Assembly (NCBI GenBank): GCA_964291675.2
Contig: OZ219866.1
Span: 512,001 to 576,000 of the forward strand
Direction of reading: 5' to 3'
From: Alphaproteobacteria bacterium
Lineage (GTDB): Bacteria; Pseudomonadota; Alphaproteobacteria; MPNO01
DNA length: 64,000 bases
The notes below the pieces were generated by a model. The model was given only the letters and a program-made list of their open reading frames with translations. It was not told the origin of the DNA and made no database searches. Shown one piece after another: positions 56,000 to 64,000 of this stretch. The translations under genes and the position numbers were made by a program. The stretch's first letter is position 1; each line of letters begins with the position of its first letter.

Positions 56000-56944
56000 A
56001 TGGCCAGCAAGATCGTGGGCATCGCGATGCAGAATTTCACCGCCGCGCCGGAGATGCCGGATCCGCAGGGGCTGATCGACTACGCGGTCCGCATGGAGGA
56101 GCTGGGCTACGAGTCGGTCTGGGTCTGGGACCACATCCTGCTCGGCGTGGAGCCCTATTTCCCGATCCTCGATTCGCTCACCGTGCTGACCGCGGTGGCG
56201 GCGCGCACCAGCCAGATCCGCATCGGCACCGGCATCCTCGTCCTGCCTTCGCGCAACCCGGTGGTGCTCGCCAAGCAGCTCTCCAGCCTCGACCAGATTT
56301 CCAACGGGCGGCTCACCCTCGGCATGGCGTCGGGCTGGTACAAGCGCGAGTTCGACGCCATGGGCGTGCCGTTCAACAAGCGCGGCAACATCATGGACCA
56401 GAATCTGGAGATCCTGACGCGGCTGTTCACCGAGGACTCGGTGACCGGCAACTACCCGCCCTATGAGCTGCGCGAGGCGGTGATGTCGCCCAAGCCGGTG
56501 CAGAAGCCGCGCCCGCCGATCCTGATCGGCGGCTATGTCGACCGGGTGCTGAGGCGCGCCGCGGTCGCCGGCGACGGCTGGCTCACCTACTACTACACCG
56601 TCGAGGGCTTCGTGAAATCCTGGGACAAGGTGCGCCGCTTCGCCGAGGAGGGCGGCAAGGACCCCGACACGCTGAAAAGCATCAACCAGCTTCCGATCAT
56701 GCTGGGCTCGTCGCGCGCCGAGGTCGAGAAGCCGATGTATGAGTGGCTGACCACCGAATGGGATTTCGCCGGCTGGAGCGATTCGACCACCGACAGCGCG
56801 GTGCTCGGCACGGCGGAGGACTGCATCGAGCAGCTCCGCGCCCATCTCGACGCGGGCGTGCAGCAGATCACCCTGGTGCCCTATCGCTTCGACATGGAGC
56901 AGATCGCGCAGATCGCCGAGGAGGTCCTGCCGGAGATCGGCTGA
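56000..56944 (+). CDS. LLM-class flavin-dependent oxidoreductase
   Basis: EELGYESVWVWDH, AARTSQIRIGT, SLDQISNGRL.LG, PKPVQKPRPPILIGG, GDGW. Confidence 0.9.
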   Translation: MASKIVGIAMQNFTAAPEMPDPQGLIDYAVRMEELGYESVWVWDHILLGVEPYFPILDSLTVLTAVAARTSQIRIGTGILVLPSRNPVVLAKQLSSLDQISNGRLTLGMASGWYKREFDAMGVPFNKRGNIMDQNLEILTRLFTEDSVTGNYPPYELREAVMSPKPVQKPRPPILIGGYVDRVLRRAAVAGDGWLTYYYTVEGFVKSWDKVRRFAEEGGKDPDTLKSINQLPIMLGSSRAEVEKPMYEWLTTEWDFAGWSDSTTDSAVLGTAEDCIEQLRAHLDAGVQQITLVPYRFDMEQIAQIAEEVLPEIG

Positions 56945-56960
56945 GGCCCGGAGACCGGCC

Positions 56961-58451
56961 GTGGCGGCGGATGGCGGGTTCGCGGTTGCGGAAACCACCA
57001 TCGCGGACATCCACGCGGCGTTTGGCGCGGGCGCGCTGACGGCGCGGGCGCTGGTCGAGGCCTATCTCGAGCGTATCGAGGCCTATGACCGGAACGGCCC
57101 CGCGATCAATTCGATAATCTCGGTCAACCCCGAAGCGCTGGAAGACGCCGAGCGCCTCGACGCGGCGTTCGACAAGGACGGCCCGGTCGGCCCGCTGCAC
57201 GGCATCCCGGCGATCGTCAAGGACCAGGCCGATGTCGCGGGCCTGCCGACGACGATGGGCTCGGTGCTGTTCAGGGACCATTACCCGGGGCGGGACTGCT
57301 TCGTCGCTGCGCGGCTCCGGCAGGCCGGGGCGATTTTCATCGCCAAGTCGACGCTGGGCGAGATGGGCGCGGGCGACACCCATGGCTCGCTGTTCGGCTC
57401 GACGCGCAACGTCTACGACCTCGCGCGCACCGCGGGCGGCTCGTCGGGCGGTTCGGGCGCGGCGGTCTCCGCCAATTTCGCCGCCGTCGCCATCGGCCAG
57501 GAGGGGTTCGCCTCGATCCGCCGGCCGGCGGCGTGGAACGGGATCGTCGGCATGCGCCCGACCGCCGGGCTGGTGAGCCGGGGCGGCGTCTATGCCGGCT
57601 GGCCGATGATCAACGGCTCGCTCGGGCCGATGTGCCGCAGCGTCGCCGATGCGGCGCGTCTGCTCGACGTCATGGTGGGCTACGACCCGGCCGACCCGAT
57701 CACCGCGCGCGGCGTCGGCCGGACGCCGGAGAGCTACGCCGCCGGGCTCGATGCGGACGGGCTGAAGGGCGCGCGCATCGGGATCCTGCGCGAGCCGATG
57801 GGTTTTGCGAGCGAGCCGGAGTCCGAGGATTTCGCCAAAGTGGACGCCGTGTTCTCCCGCGCGGTGCGGGAGCTCGCCGCCTGCGGGGCGGAGATCGTGG
57901 ACCCGGTGGCGATCCCGGATCTGGTCGAATTGCTGGCCACGCGGGTCAACGACCGGGCCGAAGAGGACGCCTCGTTCCGCGAATACGTCTCGGGGCTCGA
58001 AAACCCGCCGTTTTCATCGCGCGCAGACGCGATGGCCTCGCCGCTATTCGCCGAGACCAGCCGCGGCGTGCGCACCCGCTGGGCCGCCAACGCCACGGCG
58101 GAACAGCATCGCGCCTTTCTCGCGGCGCGCGAGCGGCTGATGACCAACCTGCTGGCCGTCATGGCCGACCACCGGCTCGACGCCATCGTCCACAAGGCGG
58201 TGGAGCACCAGCCGACCTTGATCGAGGACGGCGTCAATCCGCCCTTCGTCGACCAGAAGGGCGCGCCCTGGCTCAACACTTTCCTGGTCGTCGTGCCCTC
58301 AATCGTGGTGCCGGCGGGGTTCACCTCGGACGGGCTGCCGGTCGGCATCACGTTCCTCGGCCGCAGCTACGACGATGCGCGGATGATCCGCTACGCCCAC
58401 GCCTACGAGCAAGCGACGCGGCACCGCAGGCCGCCGGCTTCAGCTCCCTGA
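56961..58451 (+). CDS. Amidase signature family protein
   Basis: GPLHGIPAIVKD, GGSSGGSGAAV, GFASIRRPA, G+RPT.GLVSR, GLPVG. Confidence 0.9.
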   Translation: MAADGGFAVAETTIADIHAAFGAGALTARALVEAYLERIEAYDRNGPAINSIISVNPEALEDAERLDAAFDKDGPVGPLHGIPAIVKDQADVAGLPTTMGSVLFRDHYPGRDCFVAARLRQAGAIFIAKSTLGEMGAGDTHGSLFGSTRNVYDLARTAGGSSGGSGAAVSANFAAVAIGQEGFASIRRPAAWNGIVGMRPTAGLVSRGGVYAGWPMINGSLGPMCRSVADAARLLDVMVGYDPADPITARGVGRTPESYAAGLDADGLKGARIGILREPMGFASEPESEDFAKVDAVFSRAVRELAACGAEIVDPVAIPDLVELLATRVNDRAEEDASFREYVSGLENPPFSSRADAMASPLFAETSRGVRTRWAANATAEQHRAFLAARERLMTNLLAVMADHRLDAIVHKAVEHQPTLIEDGVNPPFVDQKGAPWLNTFLVVVPSIVVPAGFTSDGLPVGITFLGRSYDDARMIRYAHAYEQATRHRRPPASAP

Positions 58452-60809
58452 GGCGACCTCGTCCGCGGCGCGCTTTCTGCGCGTCTGGAAGCCGTGCCAG
58501 GCGATCCACAGCGCCGCCGCGGCAATGGCGGGTCCGTAGACCGTGCTGTCGCTGGAAATCACCAACACAGCGAGCGCCAGCCTGAGCCCGATCTCCCAGA
58601 GCGGCAGCGCCGCCCGGTCGAACCTCGCGAGCGCGCTGGCCAGCAGGTAGAGCGCCAGCACGAGACGCGCGAGCAGCCACAAGAGCGGCAACAATTCCAC
58701 GCTGCCGTCATATCCCGGCAGATAGGCGATTTGGGCGCCGGTCGATGTCGGGTCGACGACCGCCTCCTCGATCAGCAGCAGCTCGGGATAGACTGCGAAG
58801 ACGAACGGTATGACGAAGATGACGATTCCCGATCTGACCGCGGAAAAACCGGTCGCCATCGGCTCGGCCTTGGTGATCGAGCTCGCCGCGAAGGCGGCCA
58901 GCGCTACCGGCGGCGTGATCGCCGAGGCCACCGCGAAATAGAAGATGAACATGTGCGCGGTGAAGATCGAGACCCCGAGCCCGGCGAGCACCGGCCCCAT
59001 CAAGAGGGCCACATTGACGTATGCCGGCACCGCCGGCATCCCCATGCCGAGGAGGACCGCGAGCAGCATGGTCATCGCCAGCGCCATGAACTGGAAGACC
59101 ACCGAGCCGCCCGCCCCCAGGTTGAGGCTCTGTAGCCACTGCAGCACGTCGAGCGAGATGAAGAAGGGAAGGCCGGTCAGCTTGAGGCAGAAATCGATGA
59201 TCGAGACCGCGAGGAACATCAGGTAGAGCGTGGAAATCAGCACGCCCGCGTCCGAGAATGCATCGAGCAGCTTGCGCGGCCGCGCTCGCATCTCCGGATC
59301 GAGGAACAGGAGCACGCATAAGAGGGCGACCGCCCACCAGCCGGCGCTTCCCGCATCGCCGGCGGCGTTCTGCAACAGCTTCAGGAACCACGGCAGCTCG
59401 GAGACCCTGCACACCCCGTCGACGAACGCGCGCTCGGCGCCGAGCAGCCCGTCGAACCAGCCGCAGCCCACGTTCTCCTTCGAGGTGAGCAGCAGAAACA
59501 GGATGACCAGGATCGGCCCGAAGATCATCATCAGGTTGTAGATGTCCTGGCGCGAGAGGTGCATTTCCTCGGTCAGCGCGCCGAAGGCCTCGATGTTCTG
59601 CTTGCGCGACTGGAAGACCGCCGACAGGAACAGGCAGATAAAATAGGCGATGGCGGGGATCGCTGCGGCGACGATGACCTCGCTGTAGGGAACCGCGGTG
59701 AGCGCCGCGAGCACGAAGGCCGCGACCCCCATCACCGGCGGCATGATCGAGCCGCCGGACGAGGCGGCGGCCTCCATCCCCCCGGCGAAGACCGGGGAAA
59801 ACCCGCGCCTGATCATCATGGGAATCGTCAGCACCCCGGTGGAGAGCACGTTGACGATCGGCCCGCCCGAGATCGTGCCGAACATGGCGGACGAGACGAT
59901 GGCCGCGTGCGCCGGCCCGCCCCGGAGCCGGCGCGTCCAGCGGAAGGCGAGCTTGATCAGCGACCGGCCGCCGGCCGAGGCGCCGAACAGGGCGCCCAGG
60001 ATCAGATAGGGGAAGATCTCGTTGAGGATGATGTCCATGAAGCGGCCGAGCAGGCCCGAGGCGTTGTTGGTCAGGATGTCATGGACCCTGGGCCGCCCGT
60101 CCCCGAAGGATCGCGGTTCGCCGCCGAGCTTGGTCACCAGATACTTGTCGATACCCTCGACGCCGAAAAAATACCAGACGAGCACGGTGCCGATGGTGTA
60201 GGCCGCGACCAGCAGTGCGACCAGGACCAGGGGGAAGCCCCAGACCTTGATGTTGTAGGTAAGGAAGACGACGATCGCGAGCCCGACGATCGCCACGATC
60301 CAGCCCTCGGTGGTGTAGAGGCATTGCGGGTCCTCCACCGTTTCGGGCTCGGGCAGGCCGAAGATCTCGGCGTTCTCCTTCTCGATCTTCAGGCTCTCGG
60401 CGATCAACAGGGCGCGGTCGCCGGTGATCCGGTCGATGGCGCAGACCGCGTCGATCTCGACGACGTAAGTGAGCGAAATGCCGATCGCGGTGATCACCAG
60501 GGCGAGGTCCATGAACAGGCCGAAGCCGCGGCGGAGCGGGCTCTTGCCGGCCCACGAGCGCCACATCGAGTGGTGCAGCGCGACCGTCAGCATCATCAAC
60601 GCGAAGAACAGCGGGTAGTAGTACTCGAACGGAAACTTGCGGATGATGAAGTGGGGATCGCCGGTGAGGTCCTTGACCCAGTCGTCGAGGCCCGGGATCC
60701 CCGGCATCGCGTTGAGCAGACCGATCAGGACCAGCGCGATCGCCAGAAAGTAGACGACGCGCTCGCTCAAGCCCTTGCGGAAGGAACGCAGGGGTTCCGG
60801 CTCGGTCAC
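58440..60809 (-). CDS. TRAP transporter fused permease (TAXI type, with extra loops)
   Basis: RGGPAHAAIVSSAMFGTISG, EAAASSGGSIMPPVMG, LGMGMP, SAITPPVALAAF. Confidence 0.9.
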   Translation of the reverse strand: MTEPEPLRSFRKGLSERVVYFLAIALVLIGLLNAMPGIPGLDDWVKDLTGDPHFIIRKFPFEYYYPLFFALMMLTVALHHSMWRSWAGKSPLRRGFGLFMDLALVITAIGISLTYVVEIDAVCAIDRITGDRALLIAESLKIEKENAEIFGLPEPETVEDPQCLYTTEGWIVAIVGLAIVVFLTYNIKVWGFPLVLVALLVAAYTIGTVLVWYFFGVEGIDKYLVTKLGGEPRSFGDGRPRVHDILTNNASGLLGRFMDIILNEIFPYLILGALFGASAGGRSLIKLAFRWTRRLRGGPAHAAIVSSAMFGTISGGPIVNVLSTGVLTIPMMIRRGFSPVFAGGMEAAASSGGSIMPPVMGVAAFVLAALTAVPYSEVIVAAAIPAIAYFICLFLSAVFQSRKQNIEAFGALTEEMHLSRQDIYNLMMIFGPILVILFLLLTSKENVGCGWFDGLLGAERAFVDGVCRVSELPWFLKLLQNAAGDAGSAGWWAVALLCVLLFLDPEMRARPRKLLDAFSDAGVLISTLYLMFLAVSIIDFCLKLTGLPFFISLDVLQWLQSLNLGAGGSVVFQFMALAMTMLLAVLLGMGMPAVPAYVNVALLMGPVLAGLGVSIFTAHMFIFYFAVASAITPPVALAAFAASSITKAEPMATGFSAVRSGIVIFVIPFVFAVYPELLLIEEAVVDPTSTGAQIAYLPGYDGSVELLPLLWLLARLVLALYLLASALARFDRAALPLWEIGLRLALAVLVISSDSTVYGPAIAAAALWIAWHGFQTRRKRAADEVASGS

Positions 60810-60875
60810 GGGACTATTCGCCCTCGGCGGGCGGGAGGACCTCGGCCGACGCTCGGCCCTCCCGATCGAGACAGG

Positions 60876-61922
60876 CTACGGCTTCGCGCAATCGGCGATC
60901 TTGTGGCCCGCCTCCTCCCACGCCGCCACCGCCCCCGGGTGGTACTTGGCGGGCATCGGGCCGCACATGCCGGTGATCGCGGGGTCGGTCTCGCCGATGG
61001 CGGTGTACTTCATGAACGGCGCCTTGTTCTTGTAGACCTCGACGTTGTCGATAAACACCTTGGTAAGCGCCTTGGCCAGCTTGAAGTCCATCGAAACGTG
61101 CACCATCTCGCCGCCGATCGGCGCAGGGCTGCGGTAGACGCCGTCCTCCGAGACGATGGTCAGCCCCTTCATCGGCTTTACCGTCTTGAGGTCGACGACG
61201 AAGGGCGCGGTTCCGGGCGACTTGAGGAATTTCCGCATGGCCTTGGAGTTCCAAGTCTTCAGCGGCACCGACCACAGCGTGATGCTGCCGGACCCGAGCG
61301 AGCGGGTGATCCTTGTGTCGGGGAACGCGACCGGCAGAACCATGGCATCGCCGGTGCCGTCGGTGATGGTCTTGACCATCTGGCCCCAGTTGGACTGCAC
61401 GCCCTTGTAGTCCTTGCCGTCGACATAGCCGGTCACCAGGCGGACCAGGTGGCGGGCGGTGGTCAGCGCGGCGCCGCGCGGCGGGCCGTTGACGATGGTC
61501 TTGCCCTTGATGTCCTTCCAGCCCTTCACGCTCGACGAGTCGAAGGCATAGAGCCCGTAGCCGCCATAGCGATAGGTGTAGAGCACGGCCACCTGGGAGG
61601 CGAGCTCGGCGCCCTTCTGCTTGCCGAGCTTGGCGTAGGGGCCGGCCCCCTTGGACAACAGGAAGGGCAGGATGAAGGGCACCGCCGCGAGGTCGGTCTT
61701 TTTCTGCGCCACGTTCTGCAGCGAGTTGGTCAGGGTCTGGCCCTCGGCGACCTGGAAATTGGCGACGCCCGCACCCGATGCGACTTCCGCCAGGGTGACG
61801 ACCGCCGTATGGGGCGTGGCGCCGGCGCTGCCGGTCTCCGCCGTCAACATCTGCTGCGCGTTGGCGGAAACGGCGAGAGCCATCGCCGCCGCCAGGCTCG
61901 GTAACGCAAGTCTCCTGGACAT
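60876..61922 (-). CDS. TAXI-type TRAP substrate-binding protein, copy 1
   Basis: Signal peptide; W.DIKGKTIVNGPP.G, YHPGAVAAWEEAG; adjacent to the fused permease. Confidence 0.85.
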   Translation of the reverse strand: MSRRLALPSLAAAMALAVSANAQQMLTAETGSAGATPHTAVVTLAEVASGAGVANFQVAEGQTLTNSLQNVAQKKTDLAAVPFILPFLLSKGAGPYAKLGKQKGAELASQVAVLYTYRYGGYGLYAFDSSSVKGWKDIKGKTIVNGPPRGAALTTARHLVRLVTGYVDGKDYKGVQSNWGQMVKTITDGTGDAMVLPVAFPDTRITRSLGSGSITLWSVPLKTWNSKAMRKFLKSPGTAPFVVDLKTVKPMKGLTIVSEDGVYRSPAPIGGEMVHVSMDFKLAKALTKVFIDNVEVYKNKAPFMKYTAIGETDPAITGMCGPMPAKYHPGAVAAWEEAGHKIADCAKP

Positions 61923-62006
61923 GATTCCCTCCTGAGGTCTCGGGTCGTTGTTCAGCCGTTGCGTGGGAGGCCGCCGGGGATGCGCGGCCCTCCGTTCTGG
62001 CCTGGA

Positions 62007-63053
62007 TTACGGCTTAGCGCAGTCGGGGACCTTGCGGCCGGCATCTTCCCACGCCGCGACGGCGCCCGGGTGATACTTCACCGGCACCGCGCCGCACATC
62101 CCGGTCTTCGCCGCATCGATCTCGCCGACGCCGGAAAACACCATATAGGGCGCCTTCTTGCCATACGCGTCCAGATTGTCGAGGAACGCCTTGGTGAGCG
62201 CCTTCGCCACCTTGAAGTCCATCGACGCGTGCACCATTTCGGCACCCATCGTCGCCGGGCTGCGCCAGACCCCGTCCTCGGATGCGACCGTCAGCCCCTT
62301 CATCGGCTTCACGGATTTGAGGTCGACGACGAAGGGGGCGATACCCGGCGCCTTCAGGTATTTCCGCATGGGCTTGGAGTTCCATACCTCGATCGGCACC
62401 GACCACAACGTGATGCTGCCGGACCCAAGCGAACGGGTGATCCTTGTGTCGGGGAACGTGATCGGCAGGACCATGGCGTCGCCGGTGCCGTCGGTGATGG
62501 TCTTGACCATCTGGCCCCAGTTGGACTGCACGCCCTTGTAGTCCTTTCCGTCGGAATAGCCGGTGACCAGCCTGACCAGCGCCCGGGCGATGGTCAGCGC
62601 CGCGCCGCGCGGCGGGCCGTTGACGATGGTCTTGCCCTTGATGTCCTTCCAGCCCTTCACGCTCGACGAGTCATAGGCGTAGAGCCCGTAGCCGCCATAG
62701 CGGTAGGTGTAGAGCACCATCGTGTTGGCGGCGAGCTCGGCGCCCTTCTCCTTGCCCAGCTTGGCGTAGGGACCGGCGCCCTTCGACAACAGGAAGGGCA
62801 GGATCAGGGGCACGGCCGCCACGTCCGTCTTGCGCTGGGCCACGTTCTGCAGCGAGTTGGTCAGGGTCTGGGAGTCGGCGACCTGGAAGTTGGCGATACC
62901 GGCCCCCGCGGCGAGCTCGGCGAGGGTCGTGACGGCGGTATGGGGCGCGCTGCCGATACTCGCGGTTTCCGCGGTCAGCATCGTCTGGGCGCTGGCGGAA
63001 ACCGCGAACGTCATGGTTGCCGCCAGGGCGACTAGGGTGGCTGTTCTTGACAT
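62007..63053 (-). CDS. TAXI-type TRAP substrate-binding protein, copy 2
   Basis: Start MSRTATL with CAGGAAGG RBS; same length as copy 1 and highly similar to it. Confidence 0.85.
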   Translation of the reverse strand: MSRTATLVALAATMTFAVSASAQTMLTAETASIGSAPHTAVTTLAELAAGAGIANFQVADSQTLTNSLQNVAQRKTDVAAVPLILPFLLSKGAGPYAKLGKEKGAELAANTMVLYTYRYGGYGLYAYDSSSVKGWKDIKGKTIVNGPPRGAALTIARALVRLVTGYSDGKDYKGVQSNWGQMVKTITDGTGDAMVLPITFPDTRITRSLGSGSITLWSVPIEVWNSKPMRKYLKAPGIAPFVVDLKSVKPMKGLTVASEDGVWRSPATMGAEMVHASMDFKVAKALTKAFLDNLDAYGKKAPYMVFSGVGEIDAAKTGMCGAVPVKYHPGAVAAWEDAGRKVPDCAKP

Positions 63054-63184
63054 CGAACCTTCCTGATTCGTCGAGTGGTGGACTGATCGCATTCTATAGA
63101 GGCATCGACCCGGCGGGGAAGCGCCCGCGCCCCGCCGATCCGGGCGGATTCCGGAGCTTGACGGACCCGCCGACGGGCTCGGCG

Positions 63185-64000
63185 TCAGGCCGCCGGTCCG
63201 TAGCCTCCGCCGCCCGGCGTCTCGATGACGAAGCGGTCGCCCGCGTTCATCTGGGTCATGTCGGTGCCGGTGAGCTCGTCGACCGTGCCGTCGGCGCGCT
63301 CGACATAGTTGCGGCCCGTCTTGCCCGGCCTGCCGCCGGCCGCGCCGAAGGGCGGCACGCGGCGGTGGCTGGAGACGATCGCCGCCGTCATCGGCGCCTG
63401 GAACAGCACCTTGCGGACGATCCCGTTGCCGCCCTTCTGCGCGCCGTCGCCGCCCGAACCGTCGCGGATGGAGAAGGACTCCAGCACCACCGGGAAGCGC
63501 CATTCGAGGATCTCGGGGTCGGTGGCGCGGGTGTTGGTCATGTGGGTGTGGACCGCGTGCGCGCCATCGAAACCCGGCCCGGCGCCGGCGCCGCCGCAGA
63601 TGGTCTCGTAGTTCTGGTATCCCGCGTTGTCGCCGAAGGTGAAGTTGTTCATCGTCCCCTGGCCGGCCCCCATGATGCCGAGCGCGCCGATCAGCGCGTT
63701 GGTCACGGCTTGCGAGGTCTCGACATTGCCGGCGACCACGGCGGCCGGGTAGCGCGGGGCCAGCATGCAGCCCTCGGGGATGATCACCCTGAGCGGCTTG
63801 AGACAGCCGGCATTCAGCGGGATCTCGTCGTCCACCATCAGCCGGAACACGTAGAGCACCGCCGCCATGCACACCGACGACGGCGCGTTGAAGTTGCTGT
63901 TCTGCTGCTCCGACGTCCCGGTGAAGTCGATGATCGCCTCGCGCTTCTCGCGGTCGACCTCGATGTCGACGCAGATCTTCGCGCCCGAATCCATCTCGTA
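63185..64000 (-). CDS. 5-oxoprolinase/hydantoinase B C-terminal part (5' truncated by window)
   Basis: [71 protein letters not shown]. Confidence 0.92.
   Translation of the reverse strand, partial: YEMDSGAKICVDIEVDREKREAIIDFTGTSEQQNSNFNAPSSVCMAAVLYVFRLMVDDEIPLNAGCLKPLRVIIPEGCMLAPRYPAAVVAGNVETSQAVTNALIGALGIMGAGQGTMNNFTFGDNAGYQNYETICGGAGAGPGFDGAHAVHTHMTNTRATDPEILEWRFPVVLESFSIRDGSGGDGAQKGGNGIVRKVLFQAPMTAAIVSSHRRVPPFGAAGGRPGKTGRNYVERADGTVDELTGTDMTQMNAGDRFVIETPGGGGYGPAA

Overview
Very GC-rich chromosomal segment, probably alphaproteobacterial: it carries the ubiH-family, aminotransferase, ftsK, lolA, xth and tRNA-Gly, proX, cnoX, lonN, trm112 backbone genes at about 18-37 kb. Two accessory catabolic regions flank this backbone. 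The left region (1-18.4 kb) holds a TAXI-TRAP permease, a Rieske oxygenase alpha/beta pair, an acetone-carboxylase/hydantoinase-like A-B-gamma operon with a TRAP transporter, and a sulfite-oxidase-family molybdoenzyme with a cytochrome c. It also has an apparent O2-sensing cassette (hybrid FixL-like heme-PAS kinase, OmpR-type regulator, Crp/Fnr protein, USP) with a K-box-like direct repeat. The right region (38-64 kb) holds an HpaB-type monooxygenase, an acyl-CoA ligase next to a UbiD enzyme that closely resembles phthaloyl-CoA decarboxylase, and a hicAB module whose toxin has an in-frame stop. Further right lie a benzoate-CoA-ligase-family gene divergent from an HmfABC-like molybdenum hydroxylase operon (plus PLP enzyme, CoA transferase, LLM oxidoreductase, amidase), a TAXI-TRAP system with duplicated binding proteins, and a partial oxoprolinase. 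No CRISPR array, rRNA, transposase or integrase was seen. All family calls come from motif recognition and recollection of family sequences; no database searches were run.
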